A DNA stretch of 64,000 bases from Candidatus Xenobia bacterium (GCA_045863235.1 BTUM01000001.1:192001-256000), one strand, 5' to 3'; positions 1 to 8,770 are shown, counted from the stretch's first letter. Notes: generated from the sequence alone by a model not told the origin. Program-made: numbers and translations.

Positions 1-1956
1 CAGGATAAGGGCCGTGGGCAGCGTGTAGGCGTTGAACCCGGCCCGGCCGATGCGGTCGGGCGCAACGTCTGGACCCAGCTCGTCGATGCCGTAGCTCTCT
101 TTGATGGCGTTGGCCACCACGTCGCTGGGTGGGGTGAACGGGAACTTGTCGACCATCACCAGCACCAGGGACGGACCGGGCACGTCGATGCCCTCCCAGA
201 AGGACTCGAGGCCCAGGAGCACGCGACCGGCTGGAACTACGTCCAGCTCTTTGCCAGCCAGCCAATCCCGGAGCGCACCCTTCGGAGCGTCGCCCTGCTT
301 CTTCATAGGCCAGGGCTGGCGCAGCCGACCGGACCCGTCTGGCACCGCGCGCGACAGGCGGCGGAACATCTCGTTCAGCATCGCGTTCGAGGTGAACAGC
401 AGCAGTGCGTTGCCCCCGGTGAGCGTCAGCATCTGACGATAGACCGGCTCGTAGGCGTCTGCGATCCTGCGGTTCTGCTCAGAGCGCGTCTCGAGACGAC
501 CGTTGAACCGCTTGCGGTCGAGCAGGTCGGCCGGGAGCTTGGGCACGTAGAACTGGAGGTTGCGCCGATAGTCAAAGGGCGACGCGACTTGCATCTCGTG
601 CGCAGCTTCGATCCCGAGCTCGGTCTTGAAGAAACTGAAGTCGTGCGGCCCGGCGGCCAGGGTCGCGCTCGCGAACACGCAGGTGCGCTTGAGCAGCGTC
701 TCGCGGAGGAACGGAGCCACGCGCACCATGGTCAGGCGCATCGCCGGCGCCATCAGTCCACCGTGCTTGTCCCGCTCCTGCTTGGCCCAGAGCACCTTGC
801 CGGGGTTGGGACGGATCAAGCTGCTGAGGTCGAGGCGGAACTGCTTCAGGCTCTTCGCCAGGGACTCGGCGCGCGGCTTGTCGGTCTTGCCGGCCAGGAC
901 GTCCTCGAGGCGCTCGAGCTCACGGACAAGAGCGTCGAGCGAACCGCCGGCGAAGTCTTCGCCCTGGAGGCGACAGGACGGCTCGTCGTCCGAGTCCTCG
1001 CGCGGAAGGCGCTCGACCACCAGGCGCTCGGCCTGGTCGAAGAAGATCTCGCCTGCCTGCTGGAGGCGGTCAGTCGAAAGGTTGAGCTTATCGGCCTTGC
1101 GGCGGAGGTAGGTCAACCGAGAGCGTGAGAGTTTGGCCTCGGTGGCGTCGCGTACCCACTTCGGAAGCTTGTGCGCCTCGTCGATGAGCACGGCGTCATG
1201 CTCGGGCAGCAGTTGGCCGTCGAGCAGCAGGTCGAGCGCCAGGATCATGTGATTGACGATGATCACGTCGGCATCCTCGGCTTTGCGCCGGGCGGCATAG
1301 TAGAAGCAGGAGTCGCCGCTCGGACACTTCATCTTGCCGGGGCAGTCCTCGGCCGTGGCGGTGATGGCTTGGCGCAGCGCTCGGTACCGGTCCTGGGTCA
1401 GGTCGAAGGGCAGCTCGGCCAGGTCGCCGGTCTCGGTGGTCTCGAGCCACTCGTTGATCTGGTCCAGCTCGGAGCACTGCGGCGCCTCCTCACCCTCGAA
1501 GCAGAAGAAGTTGCTGCGTCCCTTGCTCACGGCCCAGGTCTGTGCTCGCCCGTGACGTTGCTCAAAATAGGGACCGAGGACTTTGTCCAGGAACTCGAGG
1601 TCCCGCTGATACTGCTGCTGCAGGACGAGCGTGCCGGTGGCCACGACGATGCGCTTCTCGTGCTTGACCGCGCGCAGGAAGGCAGCGATCAGCAGGGCAA
1701 AAGACTTGCCCGTTCCGGTGCCGGCCTCGATGACGCCGTGTCTGCTCTGTTCCATGCAGCGGTACACGACCTGGGCCATGTCGCGCTGCTGGGGGCGGTC
1801 CTGGTAGCCAGGGATGGCCTCGGCCAGGACGGTTCGAAAGATGTAGTCGAGCTCGTCCTCCTGCTTGGCGAAGGCGTTGACCATGAGCGAGATCGGGACT
1901 TTGGGACGGTCGTCGACCCAGCTTGGCTTGCCGCCGCGGTGGTAGGGGGCGGTCAT
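1..1956 (-). CDS. DinG/YoaA-family SF2 Fe-S helicase (3' end beyond window)
   Basis: Manual translation from ATG 1956: Q motif RPQQ, EAGTGTGKS, VLIDEAH, FASAT, SFWEGIDVPG, Fe-S-type Cys residues; absent from ORF track because it runs off the edge. Confidence 0.9.
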   Translation of the reverse strand, partial: MTAPYHRGGKPSWVDDRPKVPISLMVNAFAKQEDELDYIFRTVLAEAIPGYQDRPQQRDMAQVVYRCMEQSRHGVIEAGTGTGKSFALLIAAFLRAVKHEKRIVVATGTLVLQQQYQRDLEFLDKVLGPYFEQRHGRAQTWAVSKGRSNFFCFEGEEAPQCSELDQINEWLETTETGDLAELPFDLTQDRYRALRQAITATAEDCPGKMKCPSGDSCFYYAARRKAEDADVIIVNHMILALDLLLDGQLLPEHDAVLIDEAHKLPKWVRDATEAKLSRSRLTYLRRKADKLNLSTDRLQQAGEIFFDQAERLVVERLPREDSDDEPSCRLQGEDFAGGSLDALVRELERLEDVLAGKTDKPRAESLAKSLKQFRLDLSSLIRPNPGKVLWAKQERDKHGGLMAPAMRLTMVRVAPFLRETLLKRTCVFASATLAAGPHDFSFFKTELGIEAAHEMQVASPFDYRRNLQFYVPKLPADLLDRKRFNGRLETRSEQNRRIADAYEPVYRQMLTLTGGNALLLFTSNAMLNEMFRRLSRAVPDGSGRLRQPWPMKKQGDAPKGALRDWLAGKELDVVPAGRVLLGLESFWEGIDVPGPSLVLVMVDKFPFTPPSDVVANAIKESYGIDELGPDVAPDRIGRAGFNAYTLPTALIL

Positions 1957-2291
1957 TGGGCGTGCTCCAGTGCAGCGAGGGCGGCACGGCATATCGCGAG
2001 CGGAAGAGTGTCGGCCCATATCGCTTCGGGCCGCAGGTTGCGCTCGAGATGCTGAAATGAGGCCGAATAGCGTCCATTTTCTTTCGTGAGAATCCACTCC
2101 CAGCCGCCACGCTGTTCCATGGCCTCAACGATGAGCCATGTCTGGCCTGGGTCAGTGCTCAGCAGAGGCAGGGGAGAAGTACCGAATCCGTGCGTACGCT
2201 GCTGGACGTAGCGAGGGTTCCACTCCAGCGCCCGCTCCGCAGCAAGCGCATCCAGTTCCGGCCCGGCCGGCATCTCGAGCCAGTTGCTCAT
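1953..2291 (-). CDS. Phage ABA-sandwich-like protein
   Basis: GPELDALAAE...STD...W.IVE.M...TLPLAICRAAL pattern. Confidence 0.6.
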   Translation of the reverse strand: MSNWLEMPAGPELDALAAERALEWNPRYVQQRTHGFGTSPLPLLSTDPGQTWLIVEAMEQRGGWEWILTKENGRYSASFQHLERNLRPEAIWADTLPLAICRAALAALEHAQ

Positions 2292-2656
2292 ACGGCGAGC
2301 CCTGCGCTCTTCTTGGCTGCATGTCGGATCGCGAACTCCTCCGGTGAGATCGCCTGGACCCGGGCGAACTCGCGCTCAAGCTCAGCCTGGGCGTCCACAC
2401 CGGCCGCCTCGGCCAGGGCCTCCAGGCACAGCAGCGCGGAGCCGATCTCCTGGGCGAGGTCGCCCTGCGGTCGCGAGTAGACCCGGTTGAGCATGGCGAG
2501 CGCCTGGACGTAGCCCAGCTCGCTGGCGTGTGCGGTCTCGAGCGCCTCCTCGAGGAAGCGCAGGGCGCGCTCCTCTTTGGACTGGATGTTGGCTTTGCCG
2601 AAGACCGGGCCGAAGGTGCGGACGGCCCACTCCAAGATGCGTTTCTGTCTTGTCAT
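2288..2656 (-). CDS. MazG-like all-alpha nucleotide pyrophosphohydrolase
   Basis: ERALRFLEEALE ... QEIG helical motifs; start re-assigned to ATG 2656. Confidence 0.5.
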   Translation of the reverse strand: MTRQKRILEWAVRTFGPVFGKANIQSKEERALRFLEEALETAHASELGYVQALAMLNRVYSRPQGDLAQEIGSALLCLEALAEAAGVDAQAELEREFARVQAISPEEFAIRHAAKKSAGLAV

Positions 2657-2696
2657 CGGGCACCTACCGCATCGAACTCGGCCGCGAGCTCCTGCA

Positions 2697-3647
2697 TCAG
2701 AACGGCACCTCGCCGCCGAACCCCATGCCGGAGACGTCTCCGCCATCCGCGTTGATGACCCGGCCCCCGCTGGAATCTGCAGCAGCATCGTAGCGCTGGA
2801 CGTCCGGTGCATCCTCGTCGTGCTCGATCGTCTCTTCGCTGGTGCGCACGAGCATCGGCATGAGCTCGGCGCGCAGCTTGCGGTAGACTTCGAACTCTTC
2901 TTGAGAGGCGGCCTGGCCAGCCTTTACGGTCAGCCGGAAGTACTCGTTGCCTTTGTCGGTGACCACCTCCCGGCCGAGCTGCCACACGTAGCCGTAGAGC
3001 GAGACCTTTCCGTTGCGTGTGATGTGGGCCACGAAGTCCTCGAGCGCCTTCACGGACTTGAACGCGATCAGTTGGAACACGACCGGCTCTCCGCGCTTGG
3101 CGTCCAGCCAGAGCATGGCTGTGCCGCGTTTGCAGGGTGAGCCGTCCAGCTCGGTGGAGTAGCGGGCCATCGGACAGCCCAGACAGGTCTTGCCGAGCGC
3201 TCCGTGGATGCCCAACTTCTTGGCCTCCGCTCGCTGCTCGTCGGAGAGCGCCGGGTTGAGCTGGGCAGGTTGGCGTGTGTCGGGGGCTCGACACACCGTC
3301 TTGTGCTCACCGAGGAGCAGCGTGTTGAAGCCGATGCGCTTGTAGCCCTCGACCTTAGCCGGGTCTGTAGCTCGGAACAGCGCGGCCGTCTGGAGTCGAG
3401 CGAGCGCTACCCCGGTCATCTCCTTGGGGCCGGCGTCCTTCTCCTCGACGGCGTTCAGGTAGTAGGTGCCGTACTTGCCGTTGAACTTTACCAGCGGGAT
3501 TGCCGGCGCGATGCCCTGCAAGTCGCCTTGCTCGTCTTCCGCGGCGAGCAGATAGGCTGGGACATCGCTGGGCAAGAATCCGGAGCCGGTCATCGCGCGC
3601 GCGAGGGCGCTGTCGTTGGCGGGGACCAGGGCGAGAGCTTCAGACAT
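2697..3647 (-). CDS. Phage protein, probable ssDNA-binding protein
   Basis: 316 aa, CxxC...C, acidic Gly-rich tail ending GGEVPF; position in replication operon. Confidence 0.5.
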   Translation of the reverse strand: MSEALALVPANDSALARAMTGSGFLPSDVPAYLLAAEDEQGDLQGIAPAIPLVKFNGKYGTYYLNAVEEKDAGPKEMTGVALARLQTAALFRATDPAKVEGYKRIGFNTLLLGEHKTVCRAPDTRQPAQLNPALSDEQRAEAKKLGIHGALGKTCLGCPMARYSTELDGSPCKRGTAMLWLDAKRGEPVVFQLIAFKSVKALEDFVAHITRNGKVSLYGYVWQLGREVVTDKGNEYFRLTVKAGQAASQEEFEVYRKLRAELMPMLVRTSEETIEHDEDAPDVQRYDAAADSSGGRVINADGGDVSGMGFGGEVPF

Positions 3648-3771
3648 GATTGGGTTCCTCCGTGTCGTTGGTGATGTCCTGGAGATCCAGGAGAAGACAG
3701 AACAGCTCGGTGTCGCGCAGCGCCTTAAGGCGGAGGCCGAATGCCTCGACCTGTTCAGGCGCCCAGTTCAC
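3640..3771 (-). CDS. 43-aa small protein
   Basis: GTG overlapping upstream TGA; MNWAPEQVEAFGLRLKALRDTELFCLLLDLQDITNDTEEPNHV fills the gap in the operon. Confidence 0.55.
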   Translation of the reverse strand: MNWAPEQVEAFGLRLKALRDTELFCLLLDLQDITNDTEEPNHV

Positions 3772-4259
3772 TCGATGTGGCCGCCGAAGTAGAGCTGAAC
3801 CTGGGCTTGCAAGGCCGCGAGTCGGCGCCGGCGCACGCCCATCTCGTTCTCGGCTTTGCGCACATCGATGTTGGCCTGTTCCAGTGCAGCCTTAGCCTGG
3901 CGGTGCAAAACGTCGGCTTCCTTGTAGGGCTGGGAGTCAGAGCGCAGCTTTTTTAGGGCCAGCTTGCGTTTGCTGTCGTTGCTGGCTTTTTGATAGAGGT
4001 CGTCCTCGTAGAGCTCGGCGTCGACCATCTCGAGCTGGCTCTTGGCGTCCTCGAGCTGCTGCTTTGCCTGCCAGACCTTGGTCTCGGCCTGGGCGATGCG
4101 CTCGGGGTCCTGGTCGTGCGCCTCGCAGGTCGTTGCGATGAGCTTGTGCAGCTCGTTTCGTCGGGTCAGGATTTCGGGCGGCACGATGGATCGACGGATG
4201 AGATCAAGCGCGGCTTTGGTCTGCTCGAGTACTGCCAGAGAGTCGATAGGTGCTGTCAT
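3768..4259 (-). CDS. Coiled-coil phage protein
   Basis: Heptad-like K/E/Q/A/L composition; ATGA overlap with upstream gene. Confidence 0.65.
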   Translation of the reverse strand: MTAPIDSLAVLEQTKAALDLIRRSIVPPEILTRRNELHKLIATTCEAHDQDPERIAQAETKVWQAKQQLEDAKSQLEMVDAELYEDDLYQKASNDSKRKLALKKLRSDSQPYKEADVLHRQAKAALEQANIDVRKAENEMGVRRRRLAALQAQVQLYFGGHIE

Positions 4260-4546
4260 TCTGCGGGTGTCTCCTTGCTGGTCTCCATCCAGGCCACGTC
4301 GGCCTCGACGATGGGGCTTGCCCACTTGGCCTTGCCCGGCGCGTAGATCGGATCCCAGCTGTCGCAGCCGAGCCCGTCGGCGATCGGGAAGGTGCCGTCT
4401 TTGGTGCGGCGACCGCCTGCCCGGCAGGTCCCGTCAGGCCAGAGCTTGGTGCAGGAGTGGCAGCCGCGGAGCTCGTGGCGCCTGGCGTGCTCATGGCGTG
4501 CGTGCTCGAGCGCCTCCAGCGTAGCGGGTGTGATGGGGGCGCTCAC
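4256..4546 (-). CDS. Small Cys-containing hypothetical protein
   Basis: CHSC...C...C; GTGA overlap. Confidence 0.5.
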   Translation of the reverse strand: MSAPITPATLEALEHARHEHARRHELRGCHSCTKLWPDGTCRAGGRRTKDGTFPIADGLGCDSWDPIYAPGKAKWASPIVEADVAWMETSKETPAE

Positions 4547-5406
4547 CGTTCCCACCTCGCTGGCCACTCCCGGATGCGCAGGTCCTCGGCCCACTCGCTG
4601 GGGTCCTCGCCCTTCGGGTTGGTTGCGCGGTTCCGCCTGGCCCAAACCGAACCGAGCTGCTTGACGAAAACGGCCACACCCTGGCGCCGGCACTGCTCGA
4701 TGAGCGAGCGCACCCAGTCCAACTCCAGAGGTCGTGCGCCTCGCCCACTCTCGCCGCCAATGATGGCCCAGTGGATGCCGGTCAGGTCTGCTTCGACTGG
4801 GCCCAGCAGTGGCTCAAAGCTGATGAACTTGATGTATGCGGGCACGCGCACCAGGCTGTCGATGCGACTGGCTCGACGCTGGTCCTCGACACTGACGCCC
4901 AGCCAGATGTTGCGGATCGGCCAGTTGCCAACTTCCTGATTGAGCGACAGGCACTCGCCCAGAGCCTCTTGCGAGTCCAGCCACTGGAAGAATGCCAGCG
5001 CACGCTCGGGACGTTTGGTCAAGACCTGATACTGGTGCACTGCGACATCCCGATAGCAGGCATCCAGATCCTCGTGTTCACAGCCCTTCTTGCGGCACAC
5101 CAACTTCGCGCCCGTGGCCATCGTCTCGAACACGTCGCGGATGAACTCGAACGGGATCTCCTTGTGCCACAGGTCGCTCATCGAGTTGACGAACACGAGC
5201 TGTGGCTTGCTCCACCTCAGCGGGTCGTCGAGGCGCTCCGGATGCAACGTGACGTCGAAGCCGTTTGGGAAGGCCTTCTGTCCGCGAAACCGCTCGGCCA
5301 GAGTCCTGGCGTAGCAGTTGTCGCAGCCGGGGCTGACCTCGGTGCATCCGGTGACCGGGTTCCAGGTCTTCTCGCTCCAGGCGATGGTCGTGTTGGCACT
5401 CAACAC
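4543..5406 (-). CDS. DUF5131 / phage Gp37-Gp68 family protein
   Basis: TWNPVTGCTEVSPGCDNCYA, FVNSMSDL, LTKRPER, WLGVSVE, SFEPLL, GGESG, FVKQLG. Confidence 0.92.
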   Translation of the reverse strand: MLSANTTIAWSEKTWNPVTGCTEVSPGCDNCYARTLAERFRGQKAFPNGFDVTLHPERLDDPLRWSKPQLVFVNSMSDLWHKEIPFEFIRDVFETMATGAKLVCRKKGCEHEDLDACYRDVAVHQYQVLTKRPERALAFFQWLDSQEALGECLSLNQEVGNWPIRNIWLGVSVEDQRRASRIDSLVRVPAYIKFISFEPLLGPVEADLTGIHWAIIGGESGRGARPLELDWVRSLIEQCRRQGVAVFVKQLGSVWARRNRATNPKGEDPSEWAEDLRIREWPARWER

Positions 5407-5729
5407 GTCACCTCTGGACGAAGCTCAGCCCGGAAGCTACAGCCCGTGCACCGCTGAACCGCATAGCGCAAGCCGTTGACCAGCAGCTCAGGCTCGGCAT
5501 AGACAATCCCGCCGCACGGGCAGAGGTCAGGCTGCAGGCTCTGGTCGGCCAGACGCTGCATTGCACGCTCGCCGTCGGTGGGAGCTCGCTTGTAGACCCC
5601 ATTCTGCGTCGAATGGACGAAGGCAGAGATTCTCTTCGGCCGCCACCAGGGCTGCGTGAGGTATCCTGACTTGCCGTTGTCCTGCTCCTGGCTGAGGCGA
5701 GTGCGCTTGGAGATGTAAGGATGTCTCAC
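5400..5729 (-). CDS. Hypothetical protein with Zn-ribbon-like Cys pairs
   Basis: CPCGG ... CTGC; overlaps neighbours. Confidence 0.55.
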   Translation of the reverse strand: MRHPYISKRTRLSQEQDNGKSGYLTQPWWRPKRISAFVHSTQNGVYKRAPTDGERAMQRLADQSLQPDLCPCGGIVYAEPELLVNGLRYAVQRCTGCSFRAELRPEVTC

Positions 5730-5890
5730 TGTGGCCTCCCGTATTGATGCTGGGCGCGCTCAAGCACGCGGTTGCGATAGGCAGTGACGGCCTCGTCCAG
5801 GGTGCGCTGTGCGAGCACGACCTGGACTCTGGCAGACTCCTCCGAAGCACGGAGCTGCTCGAGACGAACGTCGGGTGGCGGCGCCGTCAT
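5726..5890 (-). CDS. 54-aa hypothetical protein
   Basis: Manual translation MTAPPPDVRLEQLR...; start/stop overlaps on both sides. Confidence 0.5.
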   Translation of the reverse strand: MTAPPPDVRLEQLRASEESARVQVVLAQRTLDEAVTAYRNRVLERAQHQYGRPQ

Positions 5891-6240
5891 GACGCGGCGA
5901 ACTCTCGGAGCACTCCAGCCAGCTCCATCTGGTCGATGCCAGCCTCAAGTGCGGAGCGGATGGAGCGCGCGAGCTTGCGCTCGAGACGGTTGAGCGTGTC
6001 GGGCTCATCCGGGGTAAACCCGGCCAGGAGCAGCAGTTCTTGAGGGCAGCCCAGCGCGTTGCCGATGCGTCGAATAGTCAAGCTGAAGGTGGTCTTGACG
6101 TTGTCGGAGATGCGCTCTTGTTCGATAGCCGAGACCATGTTGTTGCCCCGGCATACCGTCAGGCCGGCGCGCCGGCACAGCTCCTTCTGACTCCACCCGC
6201 GCTCGCGTCGCTTGTCGCGGAGAAAGGTCGATAGCCTCAT
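5887..6240 (-). CDS. XRE-family HTH protein
   Basis: LRDKRRERGWSQKELCRRAGL...VSAIE; start ATG 6240. Confidence 0.8.
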   Translation of the reverse strand: MRLSTFLRDKRRERGWSQKELCRRAGLTVCRGNNMVSAIEQERISDNVKTTFSLTIRRIGNALGCPQELLLLAGFTPDEPDTLNRLERKLARSIRSALEAGIDQMELAGVLREFAAS

Positions 6241-6548
6241 CGTGGCGGTCCCCAGATCTCGAGCGCGAGAGCCAGGATGTTCCTGGCGTGCCTGACGGCG
6301 ACGTCCAATACGCGGCAGCCCTCCGCGGTGATGATGGCCCGCTCGATGGCGGCCTCGTCCACCAGGGCCTGCGCATGCGGGACTACCTGCCGCAGCGAGT
6401 CCAGGTCGTGCACGTACGCGCCCATCTCGCGGATCGTCAGGCTCGGAGCGGCGCGGCATATCCGGATGTTCCAGGCCAAGTCGTCCAGGAAGGTCGCGAA
6501 GAAGGCCGGGTGCTTGCTGCGCCAGCGCGCGAGTTCCTCGGCCGTCAT
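6237..6548 (-). CDS. Hypothetical phage protein
   Basis: MTAEELARW...; ATGA overlaps. Confidence 0.55.
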   Translation of the reverse strand: MTAEELARWRSKHPAFFATFLDDLAWNIRICRAAPSLTIREMGAYVHDLDSLRQVVPHAQALVDEAAIERAIITAEGCRVLDVAVRHARNILALALEIWGPPR

Positions 6549-6703
6549 CGCGCACGCTCCTCGGCCAGCGTCAGGTATGACCTGGCGCCGTGCTTGAGCC
6601 GACGGAGCGCGGCCTGCCCTGGCGTTTCTGCCAGCTTGCGACGGAGGCGACGGCGCTTCGCCGGAGGTGCCGGCGGTGGGGTGGCCGGGCGCGGCGCGCT
6701 CAT
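6545..6703 (-). CDS. Small basic hypothetical protein
   Basis: ATG 6703 preceded by GAGG; Arg/Pro-rich. Confidence 0.4.
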   Translation of the reverse strand: MSAPRPATPPPAPPAKRRRLRRKLAETPGQAALRRLKHGARSYLTLAEERAR

Positions 6704-6855
6704 TCTGCCACCTCGATGGTGTTGGGGAGATCGGGCTCCGCGGGGGGAGCAACCAGATTCACCTGCGGGAACAACGGAGCGCGCCAAAAGTCAGCGGCGC
6801 GCGTCCAATCAGGAAACGCGTTCATCGACGTTCACCAAACCTTCCGTGGATTGTT

Positions 6856-7073
6856 GCGCACGGATCCTCATCGGATCCGTGCGCTGCCCTATCGGAATTG
6901 GAACGCCCACCCCTCAGCGGGCGCACAAAGGGACCAGAGCCCAGTCTGTGTGGGCTCTCCGGTAAGGCGCCGGGACTTGAGACCCGGCCCAGCTCGGCGC
7001 TGTTGCATCGACCTGGGGGCCTTCCAGGCGCTCCCCGATCCTGGCTCAGGTCGGTGGGGAGACGGAGCGCCTG
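6856..7073 (-). ncRNA. Candidate structured RNA (four hairpins) within early operon
   Basis: Inverted repeats 6856-6884 (12 bp), 6936-6958 (8 bp), 6969-6988 (6 bp), 7025-7073 (10 bp outer stem) in a non-coding gap. Confidence 0.4.
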
Positions 7074-7089
7074 CTCTCGGTGATTGTGG

Positions 7090-7359
7090 TTACGCGGCCG
7101 GCTTGGCCTGCGCTACCAGGGCCTGCAGTGTCGGGCGCTCAGGACGCGGGTTGCTCCAATACCAGGCCTTCATCCCATGAAAGATGGCGTGCTTGACCGG
7201 GTCGTTGGCAGCCGCGCGTTCGAGGCCGTCGACCTCGGCTTTGCCGCGCCGCCACATCGCGCCATCGTCGCTGTAGTCGTAAGCCCAGTCGGCGCTGATG
7301 CAGCGTTGGTAGTAAGTCTCGAGTTCCGGGTTCGTGTCATGACTCATCGTTGCTGTCAT
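7090..7359 (-). CDS. Small phage hypothetical protein
   Basis: DWAYDYSDD..WRRG motif; AGGAG SD upstream. Confidence 0.7.
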   Translation of the reverse strand: MTATMSHDTNPELETYYQRCISADWAYDYSDDGAMWRRGKAEVDGLERAAANDPVKHAIFHGMKAWYWSNPRPERPTLQALVAQAKPAA

Positions 7360-7487
7360 TATGCTTGACTCCTGACTTGAGGGATTTTATTCGAACAAAA
7401 ACCGAACAGCGTTCAACCTGGTGCCCGAAAATTTGGCCCGGTTTTATGCCGGGCCGCAGGGCCCCATGGTTTAGTGAACTCTTTAGA

Positions 7488-7787
7488 TCAGCCGGTCTTG
7501 CGTCGCCCGCGGCTCAGCTCGAGGGTGCGCTGGTAGACCTCCTGCGGGGTTGGTGGGACAATCAGTGGCGAGCTCGGGCACCGTCGTCGGGGTCGCGGAG
7601 CGGGTGGCTGACCGAGCTCGTGGTCCAGCTTCCACTGCTCCACCACGGAGCGTCGGATGCGCAGGCGTCCCCGAGTCCCGCGCCTGACGGCGGTCAGCTC
7701 GCCGCGTCGGATCATTGTCCTGACGGTGCTCCGCCCGTAACCGAGCTCGGCGCACACCTGGGTTATGGAGAGCAACTGGTCAGTCAC
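7488..7787 (-). CDS. Excisionase-like HTH (HTH_17/Xis)
   Basis: LLSITQVCAELGYGRSTVRTMIRRGEL.A...G.LRI; start GTG 7787. Confidence 0.85.
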   Translation of the reverse strand: MTDQLLSITQVCAELGYGRSTVRTMIRRGELTAVRRGTRGRLRIRRSVVEQWKLDHELGQPPAPRPRRRCPSSPLIVPPTPQEVYQRTLELSRGRRKTG

Positions 7788-7984
7788 GACAGCCACCCCA
7801 TCTTGCGCAGCGCGAGCTCGAGCATCTCCGGGGGCACGCCGCTGGCCAGTTGCTGGTCGACGGCGTCGACCTGGTCGACTGTCAGGCTCGAGCACCAGGT
7901 CGGGCGGGAGCGGTTGGTGACGCAGAGGGGCTCAGGCTTCTGGTCGCAGAGCGGGCGGCCGGTCAGGATGTCCAGAAACAGCAT
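7784..7984 (-). CDS. Hypothetical protein
   Basis: 66 aa, overlaps Xis start. Confidence 0.45.
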   Translation of the reverse strand: MLFLDILTGRPLCDQKPEPLCVTNRSRPTWCSSLTVDQVDAVDQQLASGVPPEMLELALRKMGWLS

Positions 7985-8024
7985 CAGGCTTGAATTCCTT
8001 TCTGCAGGGTGGGCTGTACGCTCA

Positions 8025-8246
8025 TCACGAAGCCTGCGCCGTAGTATCTGCGTGCCAGAGGGTGGCTACAGGGATGCCGGTTACCTCGCTGATGAGCCTC
8101 ACGGTGCTCTCGCGCGGGACGCCGACACCTCGCATCGCCCGGTTGACGGTGGCTGCCCCGAGTCCCGCTGCTTGAGCGAGCCACTCCTGGGTCTTGTCGT
8201 GCTCGGCAAGCCAGACGCGGATTGCTCGTGCGTTTATTTTAATCAC
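8025..8246 (-). CDS. Cro-like HTH regulator 1
   Basis: TQEWLAQAAGLGAATVNRAMRG; AGGAGG SD before GTG 8246; divergent from CI-like gene. Confidence 0.85.
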   Translation of the reverse strand: MIKINARAIRVWLAEHDKTQEWLAQAAGLGAATVNRAMRGVGVPRESTVRLISEVTGIPVATLWHADTTAQAS

Positions 8247-8274
8247 GGAGCTATCGCCTCCTGTCAGAGAATCT

Positions 8275-8284
8275 ATCATATGAT
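8275..8284. promoter_or_regulatory. Palindrome ATCATATGAT, candidate operator of switch 1
   Basis: Perfect 10-bp palindrome between divergent HTH genes. Confidence 0.35.
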
Positions 8285-8320
8285 GATAAGTCGGTCAGGG
8301 GGATCGCTCACGCTGTCCGG

Positions 8321-8770
8321 GTGCTCCGCGCGGAGCGGGGCATGTCGCAAAAGGACCTGGCTGATGCTGCGGGTGTCGGCATAGCCACGGTCACGCGGCT
8401 CGAGGCCGGGAATCAGGTTACTCGTTCCACGCTGGAGAACGTCGCCCGGGCGCTTGGCACGACCGTGCAGGACCTGGACAGCTTCAGTTTCGTCCAGAAG
8501 GCCAGGGCCATTCTGCCGGGTGAAGTCCTCGTCGATTCGGTTGACGAGCGTCTCCGACGCATCGAGCGCAAGATCGACCTCATCATCGACCAGGTCCAGG
8601 ACGACTGGCGGGCGGTCCTGCCCTTTGCCTGGCGGTACTGCCGAGCGATGGGCGAGGACCCGGTGGAAAAGCCCCGCTACCGGCTTCAGGCCGAGGAACT
8701 GGCGCAGCGCATCTGGTACCTGCTCGAGGACGACGAGGCCATTGCTCGCCTGCTGGGTTCCGATCACTGA
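8321..8770 (+). CDS. XRE/CI-like repressor 1
   Basis: LRAERGMSQKDLADAAGVGIATVTRLEAG; no S24 peptidase domain. Confidence 0.85.
   Translation: MLRAERGMSQKDLADAAGVGIATVTRLEAGNQVTRSTLENVARALGTTVQDLDSFSFVQKARAILPGEVLVDSVDERLRRIERKIDLIIDQVQDDWRAVLPFAWRYCRAMGEDPVEKPRYRLQAEELAQRIWYLLEDDEAIARLLGSDH

Noticed and set aside
1..1956. Type IV-A CRISPR CasDinG
   Set aside because: No csf/cas genes or array in the window; context is a phage early operon
7393..7414. LexA box (GAAC-N7-GAAC, GAAC-N3-GTTC)
   Set aside because: Spacing does not fit the GAAC-N4-GTTC box; the N7 form is alphaproteobacterial and the host LexA motif is unknown
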